Under the pieces are notes generated by a model. The model searched no databases, was not told the DNA's origin, and saw nothing but the letters and a program-made list of their open reading frames with translations. A DNA stretch of 49,558 nucleotides from Planctomycetota bacterium (lineage in GTDB: Bacteria; Planctomycetota; UBA8742; SKZP01). Position 1 is the stretch's first letter; each line of letters opens with the position of its first letter. Shown in pieces: positions 26,673 through 39,789 of the stretch. Where the stretch lies: the NCBI GenBank assembly GCA_050249295.1, contig JBFWQT010000003.1, forward strand, positions 1 through 49,558. The letters are read 5' to 3'. A program made the position numbers and the translations under genes.

Positions 26673-28358
26673 TCAGCCGCCCACGCGGCTCACGCCATCG
26701 GTGATCGACCCGGCGGCGATGCAGTTGCTGTTGAGCAACAGCGGCTGCAGCAGGCCGGACACGCCACCATGCATGCGGGCCAGCGCGATCTTCGCGCCAC
26801 GATTGGAAAGGGTCTCGGTGGCGCGCAGCAGGCCGCCCAGCGCGGGGTTGGCCACCGACCGGCACTCGCCGAAGTCGAGCACAAGGTGGAACGACGTGCC
26901 CGGTTCGTTGATCTGCAGCGCGTCTTCGATCAGCTTCCACTTGGCCGCGTCGAGCGCGCCCGTGATGCTGACCACTTCCACCGGCAGACTGCGTGCCTCG
27001 GCGACGACGGCCTGGCGCAACGTGCTCGGCGGCGTCGGCACCTGCACGCGGTTCAGCACCTCGAGCGTGGGCATGCGGCCCGACGATTCGTTCGCATCCA
27101 GCAGCGCAAGGGCCATCGCGTTGGCGGCCTCGGCCATCGACTGATAGCGGTCGGCCGGCCGCTTGGCGCACATCTTCGCGAGCACCTTGTCGATGCCGCG
27201 CACCATGCCCGGCACCTTGTCCATCAGCGACGGGAACGGCTCGGTGACATGCTGGTGCATGATCATGAGGTGCGTGCCAGTCTTGAACGGCGGCTCGCCG
27301 GCCATCAGCCAATAGAGCGACGCGCCCAGTCCGTAGACGTCGGTGGCCGGTGTGATCGCTTCGTCCTGCACCTGCTCGGGCGCCATGAACAGCGGCGTGC
27401 CGAGGATCGCGCCGGGCGAGGTCAGACGAACCGACGCGTCAAGCAGACGTGCGAGGCCGAAGTCGGTGACCTTGATGCCGCGCTGCCCGGAGACGGTCAT
27501 GATGTTGGCGGGCTTCACGTCGCGGTGGACGATGCCGGCGACGTGGGCCGCCTGCAGGGCGTCCGCCACCTGGATCGCGGTTTCGAGCGCGTCCTCCACC
27601 GGCATCGGTCCGTCGTTGACCACCACCTCGCGCAGCGACCGGCCGTCAACGAACTCCATCACCAGGAACGGCCGGCCCTCGTGCATGCCGTTGTCGTAGA
27701 TGCTGACGATGCCGCGGTGGTCGAGACGCGCCGCGGCGCGGGCCTCGCGCGCAAAGCGTTCGGTGTGCGAGGGCGCACTGCTGTGCAGCACCTTGATGGC
27801 GACGAGGCGGTCGAGCGAGTTGTCGAGCGCGCGATACACACACCCGGTCGCGCCGCGCCCGACTTCGCCGAGGATCTGCCACTGGCCGATCATGCGCGGC
27901 ATGTGGCGGTTCAGCGGATCGTTGCCGAGGCCGCGACGCTCGTCGCCGGGCTTCAGCGACTTCATCTCGGTGGACGACGAGCTGCCGCTGTTCGGGTTGT
28001 TGGGCCGTGCGACGATCACCTGACGATTGCCGGCCATCGTCAGACGGCTGTCTTCGTCATCCGTCAGGCTGCGCAGGTTGTGCCCGTGGCAGACCGGGCA
28101 TTCGAGGTCGCGCTCGCCAACAAGCGTGTTGCCCGCTGACGTTGTCTGGCAGGTGTCACAGATATACCGGTGTACGGCGAATTCGTTGCGCAGCGTCACC
28201 ACGCCCTGATCATCGAGGAAGCGCGCGCCCAGCGCCCACTCCTCGAAGTTCGAGTCGGGCGCAACAGCCTCGTGACTCGCCACCATCAGCCGCGCGGTGG
28301 CGTCGTTGACGAGTCCGGTCTGGATTGCGATCTCGCCGAGAGCGGTGGAGCGCAGCAA
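26673..28358 (-). CDS. Hanks-type Ser/Thr kinase with N-terminal zinc ribbon and C-terminal STAS domain
   Basis: CDTC…CPVC; GRGATG, VAIK, HRDVKPAN, DFG, GTPLFMAPEQ; C-terminal VVSITGALD…LVLDFGEC…ALGGLL. TTG start with GGGAG RBS. Confidence 0.9.
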   Translation of the reverse strand: MLRSTALGEIAIQTGLVNDATARLMVASHEAVAPDSNFEEWALGARFLDDQGVVTLRNEFAVHRYICDTCQTTSAGNTLVGERDLECPVCHGHNLRSLTDDEDSRLTMAGNRQVIVARPNNPNSGSSSSTEMKSLKPGDERRGLGNDPLNRHMPRMIGQWQILGEVGRGATGCVYRALDNSLDRLVAIKVLHSSAPSHTERFAREARAAARLDHRGIVSIYDNGMHEGRPFLVMEFVDGRSLREVVVNDGPMPVEDALETAIQVADALQAAHVAGIVHRDVKPANIMTVSGQRGIKVTDFGLARLLDASVRLTSPGAILGTPLFMAPEQVQDEAITPATDVYGLGASLYWLMAGEPPFKTGTHLMIMHQHVTEPFPSLMDKVPGMVRGIDKVLAKMCAKRPADRYQSMAEAANAMALALLDANESSGRMPTLEVLNRVQVPTPPSTLRQAVVAEARSLPVEVVSITGALDAAKWKLIEDALQINEPGTSFHLVLDFGECRSVANPALGGLLRATETLSNRGAKIALARMHGGVSGLLQPLLLNSNCIAAGSITDGVSRVGG

Positions 28359-28590
28359 AGCAGAACTCCCGGGTGGCGCGACGGGCTGTTAAGGAGTCAG
28401 AGAGGGATGGCGAGGCCGTTCCCGCACCAGGGTTGTAGACGCTGGGGCCGGATCGCGAAACGGTAGCCGCCCTTTTTGTGCCGATTTACACGTATTGGCC
28501 ATGTCAGCCATTCGAGCCAGTTCGGGCGCGCGGGCATTCTGGGCACTTGCATGACTGCCGGAATCTGACTGCAGCCCGTAGCGACGCGCC

Positions 28591-28618
28591 TTGCACACCG
28601 ACCGGAGCCGGCGATAAT
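28591..28618 (+). promoter_or_regulatory. Candidate sigma70-type promoter TTGCAC-N16-GATAAT
   Basis: Near-consensus hexamers about 45 nt upstream of the permease ATG. Confidence 0.4.
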
Positions 28619-28661
28619 CGCGCATTCCCGGTGGCCGTTCGTCCCGATACGCAGCGCGCGC

Positions 28662-30059
28662 ATGTTCGCCTACATCATCCGGCGATTGCTCTTCTCGATC
28701 CCGATTGTCATCGGGGTGAATGTGCTGCTGTTCGCGCTGTTCTTTGTTGTGTACTCGCCGGACCGGATCGCCCGCGAGATGCTCGGCGGCCGCAACGTGA
28801 CGCCGGAGAAGATCGAGCGCTGGAAGCGCGAGCACAACTATCACCTGCCGATCTTCTTCAACAACGGCTTCGATCGACTGGCCACGGCCGAAAACCGCGC
28901 CGACGGCACGCTGATCCGCGAGCTCAACTACACCGGCAGCGACGGCACCAGCCAGAAGAAGCCACTCGAGCTGACCGGCGCCATGGTCTGGCTGCCGGCG
29001 GCCGTGCCGGGCCACTACCGTCTGAACATGCAGTTCGTCCGCGGCCGCAGCGTGCCCCTGGAGGCCGAGCTGATCGAACTCGAGTCCGGCAACCGGAGCC
29101 CGCTGAAGCTCGACGAAACCGCATGGCTGGACGTCACACGCGAACAGGCCGGGCCATTTGTCATCAACGTCCACGCGGCGGCCGGCATGCCGGACGGAGA
29201 GGGGCACGACGAGGCCGGGCGCATCGCGATCGCGCTGTACAAGGTCAATGCGCTGTCGCTCGACGCGCAGATTACGCAGACGATCTTCTGGCAGAAGGGG
29301 CTGCAGCTGCTCTGGTTCGACTTCGGCAAGTCCGACGAGAGCAACATCCCGATCAACTACGAGATCCGTCAGCGGATGATGCCGTCGCTGCAGATCACGG
29401 TGCCACTGTTCTTCATCTCGCTGGCGGTGAACATCTTCTTCGCGATGCTGCTGGCGTTCTGGCGCGCGACGTACTTCGACCATCTCGGCACGATCCTCTG
29501 TGTGCTGATGATGTCGATCAGCATCCTGCTGTTCATCGTGGCCGGGCAGGTGGTGCTCGGCGTGCTGCTGCGCTGGCTGCCGGTGTCGGGCTTCGGGATC
29601 GCAGCCGAGGTCAACATCCTCGGCGTGAAGGTCGCGCTGGCCGAGGCGAAGTACCTGGTGTTGCCGATCATCATCGGCCTGCTGGCCGGTACGGGCGCCA
29701 GCGTGCGGCTCTACCGTACGCTGTTCCTCGAGGAGATCGGCAAGGACTACATCCGCACGGCCCGCGCCAAGGGCCTGCCCGAAAGCGTGGTACTGTTCCG
29801 CCACGCACTGAAGAACGCGATGATCCCGATCCTCACCTCGGTGATGATGACGATCCCGTTCCTCTTCATGGGCAACCTGCTGCTCGAGAAGTTCTACAGC
29901 ATCCCCGGGCTCGGCAGCTTTCTCATCGAGGCGATCAATCACAAGGACTTTGCCGTGGTCCGCGCGATGGTCTTCCTCGGCAGCGTGCTCTACGTGTTCG
30001 CGCTGATTGCCACCGACATCATGTACACGGTGGTCGATCCGCGTATCCGCTTCAACTGA
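28662..30059 (+). CDS. Peptide/nickel ABC transporter permease (OppB/DppB family) with enlarged extracytoplasmic region
   Basis: MFAYIIRRLL, FDFGKS, EAA motif DYIRTARAKGL…RHALKNA, IPGLG, DIMYTVVDPRIR. Confidence 0.92.
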   Translation: MFAYIIRRLLFSIPIVIGVNVLLFALFFVVYSPDRIAREMLGGRNVTPEKIERWKREHNYHLPIFFNNGFDRLATAENRADGTLIRELNYTGSDGTSQKKPLELTGAMVWLPAAVPGHYRLNMQFVRGRSVPLEAELIELESGNRSPLKLDETAWLDVTREQAGPFVINVHAAAGMPDGEGHDEAGRIAIALYKVNALSLDAQITQTIFWQKGLQLLWFDFGKSDESNIPINYEIRQRMMPSLQITVPLFFISLAVNIFFAMLLAFWRATYFDHLGTILCVLMMSISILLFIVAGQVVLGVLLRWLPVSGFGIAAEVNILGVKVALAEAKYLVLPIIIGLLAGTGASVRLYRTLFLEEIGKDYIRTARAKGLPESVVLFRHALKNAMIPILTSVMMTIPFLFMGNLLLEKFYSIPGLGSFLIEAINHKDFAVVRAMVFLGSVLYVFALIATDIMYTVVDPRIRFN

Positions 30060-30080
30060 CCAGACCCCGCGGGCGCCCCC

Positions 30081-30980
30081 ATGCCCTACTGCATCTACAT
30101 CTCGCGCGCCGAGCGCTACTCGTTCATCCACAGCGATGACGGCCTCAAGCGTGCCGAGCGGATCGAACGCGAGGACTTCGAGCGGATGATGCAGGGCGCG
30201 CCGGCCGAGCAGGTCGCCGACGGCACATTCGCGGTGCACTACCCGGACACCAACGAGCCGTGGTTCGTCGCGCACCACGACGACGACCGCGGCGTGGTGA
30301 TGCTGCGGCTGAGCTATTCCAATCCGCGCTTCCTGCGCAACTTTCCCGACGCGTTCGATCTGGCGCTGCGCATCGCCGATTTCGCGGGTGCGCACGTCTT
30401 CGAGGAGGCCGGCGGTGAGGAGATCACGCGCGAGAACATCGACACGATGCTCGACCCGGACGGGCCGCTGATCAGCCTGCAGGTCGGCGCGTTCCGCGGC
30501 ACGCAACGGCACGTGCGCAACTTCAGCGGCGCACTCGAACTGCCGCTCGGGCCGATCGACACCGTGCCGGACTACTTCATGTTCCTGGTGAAAAACGCCC
30601 CGCACGGTGGCGTCGCCACGATTGACGACGCGATGGCGATGTTCTGCGGGCTGCGCATCGAACGCCAGGCCGAGCGCGTGGCGCTGGCCTACGAGGGCGA
30701 GTCGACGCAGCCACTGGTGCACCTGCAGGCCGACGCCGACCACGGCCTGATCGTGCGGCCGGCATGGAGTTCGGCGTTCGCGGACCACGCCCGCGCCGTG
30801 CTGCAGTTGCTCGACGCGCTGATTGCCACCGGTCACGGCCCGGTGACCTGGCGCTGGGCGCAGCGCGAAGTCACCACCGACCTGCTCAACGAGATCCGGC
30901 AACACTCCGGCGGCCTCGGCGTGCAGTTCCTCGAGTGGGCCGAGTCGATGCGTCGGCCGGATGACTCGACCGACGCGTGA
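30081..30980 (+). CDS. Hypothetical protein
   Basis: 299-aa ORF with strong GC3 bias; possible internal duplication. Confidence 0.7.
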   Translation: MPYCIYISRAERYSFIHSDDGLKRAERIEREDFERMMQGAPAEQVADGTFAVHYPDTNEPWFVAHHDDDRGVVMLRLSYSNPRFLRNFPDAFDLALRIADFAGAHVFEEAGGEEITRENIDTMLDPDGPLISLQVGAFRGTQRHVRNFSGALELPLGPIDTVPDYFMFLVKNAPHGGVATIDDAMAMFCGLRIERQAERVALAYEGESTQPLVHLQADADHGLIVRPAWSSAFADHARAVLQLLDALIATGHGPVTWRWAQREVTTDLLNEIRQHSGGLGVQFLEWAESMRRPDDSTDA

Positions 30981-31033
30981 GATTGTGGCCCGTGGTAGAT
31001 TGACCGCACTCCCGGCCGGAACACGGATGCCAC

Positions 31034-34729
<3,696 letters not shown>

Positions 34730-34833
34730 CCCGCGCACATTCGGACTGGCGCCCGCGACGCGTCGCGCTATTCTCCCGCGTTCATCCTCTTTCCTTCATT
34801 CATCCACCTCGCTGACGCCGACAGGTTGAACAC

Positions 34834-35700
34834 GTGCCGACCCGCACCAGGAAGCAAACCGCGAAGAAGAAGAAGACCGGGGCCCGCAAGTCGCGCAGCG
34901 GCCCCACGCAGGCCAGCACGGCCGACCGCTACGTGCTCTACCAGCGTTCTGTGCAGGCGCCGGAGTCGGAGATCGACTTCTTCCTCAAGGTGTTCCGCAA
35001 GCACTACAACCGCAAGCCCACCACGCTGCGCGAGGATTTCTGCGCCGCCGCCTACCTGTGCTGCGAATGGGTCAAGGCGCACAAGGACAACGTGGCGGTC
35101 GGCCTCGACATTGATCCCGAGCCGATCAAGTGGGGCCTCGAGCACAACGCCGACGGCCTGAACCAGGACCAGTTCTCGCGCCTGCACCTGCACGAACTCA
35201 ACGTACTCGACCCGGCCGCCGCCAAACAGAAGGCCGAGGTCGTCTACGCCGGCAACTTCTCGTACTGCTGCTTCAAGACGCGCAAGCAGTTGCTCGAGTA
35301 CTTCACCGCGGCGCGCAAGGGCGTGGCGAAGGACGGCATCTTCGTCTGCGACATCTTCGGCGGGCCCGACTCGCAGCGGGTCGGCGAGGAGGAGACGGAG
35401 TACGAAGGGTTCACGTACGTGTGGGACCAGAACCAGTACGACCCGATCTCGAGCGAGATCCTCTGCCATATCCACTTCCTGTTCGAGGACGGCAGCGAGT
35501 GGCGCAAGGCTTTCACCTACGACTGGCGGCTGTGGACGATCGCCGAGATCCGCGAAGTGCTGATGGAAGCCGGCTTCGCCTCCACCGAGGTGTACTGGGA
35601 AGGCTCCAACTCGAAGGGTGAGGGTAACGGCGTGTTCTCGAAGAAGGAGAAGGTCGAGAACGAGGACGCGTGGGTGACCTACATCGTCGGGCTGCCGTAG
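34834..35700 (+). CDS. Class I SAM-dependent methyltransferase
   Basis: LYQRSVQAPE, LREDFCAAA motif I variant, GLDIDPEP, NFSY, FTYVWDQ, AFTYDWRLW. Confidence 0.85.
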   Translation: MPTRTRKQTAKKKKTGARKSRSGPTQASTADRYVLYQRSVQAPESEIDFFLKVFRKHYNRKPTTLREDFCAAAYLCCEWVKAHKDNVAVGLDIDPEPIKWGLEHNADGLNQDQFSRLHLHELNVLDPAAAKQKAEVVYAGNFSYCCFKTRKQLLEYFTAARKGVAKDGIFVCDIFGGPDSQRVGEEETEYEGFTYVWDQNQYDPISSEILCHIHFLFEDGSEWRKAFTYDWRLWTIAEIREVLMEAGFASTEVYWEGSNSKGEGNGVFSKKEKVENEDAWVTYIVGLP

Positions 35701-35801
35701 CGTCGGCCAGCGGTCCTCAGGCACGTTTGCCGATGCGGGGCCGTGAGCGGCAGCATGCCGGCCTGGCTTGCCTCCTCCCGGCAACCTGCCCCGACAGTGC
35801 A

Positions 35802-36140
35802 TGGCGACGCTCCGGCGGCGCCGCGGTTGGCGATGGCGATTGCGCGGCACAGACGCCGTGGCTCAGCGCGGACGGCCGCTACTGCGTGTTCAACTCGTCG
35901 GCGACCAATCTTGTCGGAGGTGACGCCAACGCCGGCGAAGACACGTGCCTGTTCGACCGCATGGCCGTTACGACCAGCCGGGTCAGCCTCGACTCGTCCG
36001 GCCTGGAGTTGCCCGCTGGCAGCGCTCGCAATCTGCTGATTTCACCCGACGGCCGGCAGATTGTGTTCCGCACCTTGTCGCCAGCCGGGGCCGGCGACAC
36101 GAACAATCTGGTGGACCTCTACGCCGTGGCCCGCAAGTGA
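35802..36140 (+). pseudogene. Remnant C-terminus of a TolB/PD40-like beta-propeller protein
   Basis: PWLSADGRYCVFNSSATNLVGGDAN and ISPDGRQIVF…GDTNNLVDLY repeats, but only about two blades and no credible start. Confidence 0.65.
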
Positions 36141-36202
36141 CGGCTTGCTGTCGCGCGGCTGCCCGTTGACAATGACCTGCGCACGGCTCGCGGCAGCAGA
36201 CG

Positions 36203-39200
36203 ATGACGACGAGCGAGTGGTCCCACGACAACCGGCGCATTGGCCACCTGGCCTGCCATCTCGGTCTGCTCGACCCGGCCGAGTGGGAACGCGTGCTGGC
36301 CGACGGACCGCCTGCTGACGCCACCGAACGCGCGGCCACCGACGCGGCGGTAGGCGGCACCCTGCTGCGGTTGCTGCTCGAGCGCAGCCTGATCGACTTC
36401 GACGCGGCCGACCGCCTGCGCGAGGCCGCGGAGTCCGGCCAGATCGACCAGTTGCTCGGCGACAAGCAGGAGCCGGCGGCTGAAAAGCGCACCGCCGCTG
36501 CAGGCGACGAAGATGATGACGGCGACTTCGACGACGGCGACTTCGACGGCGAAGAGAATGATGATGACGAGTACGAGTACGAAGATGATGACGACGACGA
36601 AGCCGATGAGACGGACGACGATGTAGCGCCGCCGAAGACGACCGGCACCGGCACCAGTCGCGGCTGGCTCGACGGCCTGGCCGACGCTGGCGCGAAGGAT
36701 CGCCGGCAAACCGCGCGCATCGCCACCGTCGCCGGCAAGGTGCAGATCCGCCCGACCTCCGGCGCGAGTGACGACCCCGGCGGCAGCGCCGATGATGTTG
36801 TCACCGCTGCGCCGATCGCGCCGACCGGCCCGACCGGAAAGGCGACGTCGACCGGCGCGGCGCGCGACCCGTTCACCGGCGCGTCGCAGATCGGGCCGTA
36901 CATCCTGCTCGAGATCCTGCGCCATCGCGAAGACAGCGCGATGTTCAAGGCGCGACACGCCGCGACCGGCGAGCTGGCGGCGCTGAAGCTCCTGGTCCGC
37001 CCGGCCGACGATCCGCGCGTGCAGCGCTTCCTGGCTGATGCCGCCAGTGCCGCGGCGCTGCACCACCCGCTGATCACCGAGATGCAGGAGCACGGCAGCG
37101 ACAACGGCCGCCACTTCGCCGCGGTCGACTTTGTCGCTGACGCGCGCACGCTCGATCAGTTGCCACATTCCGATGCGCGCGCCGCGGCAGACCTGGTGCG
37201 TCGCCTAGCGCTGGCCGTGCACGACGCCCACGGCGCCGGCCGCGTGCATGGACGACTGCGCCCCGGCTGCATCCTGATCGATCCGTTCGGTGAGCCGCAC
37301 ATCACCGGCTTCGTATTCCCCGGCGGCACGCCCGGCGATGCGGCGCCCGATCCGCCGTTCCACGCGTACATGCTCTACGCCTCGCCGGAGCTGGTGCGCA
37401 CCGACCGCACGCGGGTGGATGCACGCAGCGACGTGTTCTCGCTCGGCGCAATCCTCTACCGGCTGCTCACCGATGATGTGCCGTGGGATGCCGATTCGCC
37501 GGCCGCGTATCGTCGTCGAGTGACCAGCGAGGACCCGATGCCGCCGCGCCAGTTGGCGCCGGATGTTCCGCGTGGCATCGAGCTGGTCTGTCTCAAGGCG
37601 CTCTCGCGCGACCCCGCGCAGCGCTACCCGACCGCGTCGGACATGGCCGAGGATCTGCAGCGCTGGCTCGACGGCCGCGAAGTCGGGGCGCGCCCGGCCG
37701 GTGTCACGCAACGCATGCAGGCGATTGTCGTCAATCAGCCGAAGGTCGCGATGGCGATGGGCGGAATGGCCATCGGCGCAATCGTGGTCGTCGTGTTGAT
37801 CATCGCCGCGGTGGTGTTCGCGCTGTCGCACCACGCCAACAACCCGGCGGGCGACAACGGTGCGCGCCTCACCAACAACTCCAGCACATCGCCCGACAAC
37901 CACCTGCCGGCCGGCGGCAACAATACTGCGGCGACGCCGGCGCAACTGGCGGCAGCAAAGCTGCGTCGCGAGCAGGCGACCGCCGCGCTCGGCAAGTTGC
38001 CGGACCTCATCGACGACCCCGCGGCAACCCGCGCCGGGTTGCTCGATTGCATCCAGCCGTTGCGCGATGTGATCGCCGTCGACACCACCTGGTCGGCGCC
38101 GCACTACTGGCTCGGGCGCGCGCAGCAACGCAGTGGCGCGTTCGACGAGGCGATCGCCAGCTTTGCCACGGCCGCGACACTCGACCCGCCGATGCCGGCA
38201 GCCGACCTGCAACTCGTGATGCTGCTGGCCTTCGCACGCGACGCGGCGGCCGACGACCCGCTGCCGGCCGCTGCGGCAGCGCCGTTGCAACGGCTGCTCG
38301 CCATCGGCCCGTCGGCCCCGGCCGAGGCGCGCGCGATGCGGATGATCGCTGACGGGTTGCCGGGCCTGATCGCCGGTACCGATCCGCCGCGCGATCCGGA
38401 CGACGAGAACGAATCGTCCGGCCCCTCCCAGCAGGTCTTGCGCCGAGCGGTCGATCTGGCCCCGACGTTGTCGGCGGCGCAGACGGTCCTCGGCTACTCG
38501 CTCGGCGCGCTGTTCCCGCGCGGCCACACGATCGTTGATCGCCGCGACCAACGCGGCGCGAGTCGCCCGGCCGATGCGCTGGCGATGCTCGACGAATCGC
38601 TGCGACAGGATCCCACCGACCCTGGCGCCAACGCCATTGCCGGCCTGCATCGCGAGACGTTCGGTCAGGCCGGAGACGCGCGCGCGGCCCTGCAACGTGC
38701 CCTCGTGCTGCGGCCACAGTGGGCGATCATCGAGTACGCGCTGGCTCGCGCGCTGGCACTCGATGGCGACCTCATTGCCGCGACCCGGCAGATGAACGAG
38801 CTGACTGCGCGTATCGCCAACAACGCCGACTACTGGCGCTACTACGGCACGCTGTTGATCCTCGCCGGCGACTGGGCCGGTGCCGAACAACGCCTCACCC
38901 GCGCGCTGGCGCTCCGGCCCGACGAGCACGTGTTGTTCCTGCGTGCAATGGTGCGCACGCAGGTGCCGTACAAGCTGGAGCGCGACCAGGTCCACCCGGC
39001 CAGCAGTGACCTCGACGGCGTGATCCGCGACCCCGGCACGACCTGGAATCGCGACCGCTACCTGATGTGGGGCATGGCCGAGGATGCCCGCCCGCGCCTG
39101 CGCGCCGCGATTGCGTCGGCGCACGATTACTTTGCGATGCCGCCCGAGATAAAGGTGCTGATCCGCCAGCTGCGCGATCCGGATGCCACCGGCGGCGCGC

Positions 39201-39760
39201 TGATGTGGCGCGACGTGTGGAGCACAGCCAAGGCGCGGCCGTGGTCACCCGCGCTCGGCGATCTGCTCTACGTGCTCGACGGCGACGCGGCGCGCCACGA
39301 TGCGTTGATCGCCGGCCTTGAGCGGTTCCGACCGGAGAGCGAGACGCTGGGCCTCGACGACTGGCTCACGCCGGCGCGGCTGCAGCGCATGCTCCACAAC
39401 GAGCAACTGCTCGAACAGCGGCGCACGGCCGGGCTGAAGGCCGAGGAGCTCTACGTGCGGGCCTGTATCCGCTTCCGCACCCGCCACAACCTCAAGGGTG
39501 CATACAACGATCTCAGCGCCGCAATCGACCGCATCCGGCCCGGCTCGACCAGCGACCGGCTCGCCGCGCGCCTCTACTTTGCCCGGTCGGCGGTCAAGCT
39601 CAACGTCGGCGATCAGGCGCTGGTGCGCGACGAGATGACGCGCTGGGCCGAGGCCTTGCCGACGCGCCTGGCCGATCTGCAATGGGCGATCAAGCTGGAT
39701 CGATTGCTGACCTCGAACTGGCGTTCGGACCCCGACTACGAACGCCTCTGGCGCGACTGA
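36203..39760 (+). CDS. Ser/Thr pseudokinase, TM and TPR-like repeats, with acidic N-terminal tract
   Basis: Kinase scaffold (AALK, YASPE, DVFSLG, CLKALSRDP..RY) but no Gly loop, HRDLKPxN replaced by HGRLRPGC and DFG by GFV; TM; TPR-like helices. Confidence 0.85.
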   Translation: MTTSEWSHDNRRIGHLACHLGLLDPAEWERVLADGPPADATERAATDAAVGGTLLRLLLERSLIDFDAADRLREAAESGQIDQLLGDKQEPAAEKRTAAAGDEDDDGDFDDGDFDGEENDDDEYEYEDDDDDEADETDDDVAPPKTTGTGTSRGWLDGLADAGAKDRRQTARIATVAGKVQIRPTSGASDDPGGSADDVVTAAPIAPTGPTGKATSTGAARDPFTGASQIGPYILLEILRHREDSAMFKARHAATGELAALKLLVRPADDPRVQRFLADAASAAALHHPLITEMQEHGSDNGRHFAAVDFVADARTLDQLPHSDARAAADLVRRLALAVHDAHGAGRVHGRLRPGCILIDPFGEPHITGFVFPGGTPGDAAPDPPFHAYMLYASPELVRTDRTRVDARSDVFSLGAILYRLLTDDVPWDADSPAAYRRRVTSEDPMPPRQLAPDVPRGIELVCLKALSRDPAQRYPTASDMAEDLQRWLDGREVGARPAGVTQRMQAIVVNQPKVAMAMGGMAIGAIVVVVLIIAAVVFALSHHANNPAGDNGARLTNNSSTSPDNHLPAGGNNTAATPAQLAAAKLRREQATAALGKLPDLIDDPAATRAGLLDCIQPLRDVIAVDTTWSAPHYWLGRAQQRSGAFDEAIASFATAATLDPPMPAADLQLVMLLAFARDAAADDPLPAAAAAPLQRLLAIGPSAPAEARAMRMIADGLPGLIAGTDPPRDPDDENESSGPSQQVLRRAVDLAPTLSAAQTVLGYSLGALFPRGHTIVDRRDQRGASRPADALAMLDESLRQDPTDPGANAIAGLHRETFGQAGDARAALQRALVLRPQWAIIEYALARALALDGDLIAATRQMNELTARIANNADYWRYYGTLLILAGDWAGAEQRLTRALALRPDEHVLFLRAMVRTQVPYKLERDQVHPASSDLDGVIRDPGTTWNRDRYLMWGMAEDARPRLRAAIASAHDYFAMPPEIKVLIRQLRDPDATGGALMWRDVWSTAKARPWSPALGDLLYVLDGDAARHDALIAGLERFRPESETLGLDDWLTPARLQRMLHNEQLLEQRRTAGLKAEELYVRACIRFRTRHNLKGAYNDLSAAIDRIRPGSTSDRLAARLYFARSAVKLNVGDQALVRDEMTRWAEALPTRLADLQWAIKLDRLLTSNWRSDPDYERLWRD

Positions 39761-39789
39761 CCATCCGTCGGGCAACTCAGGAGACTCCG

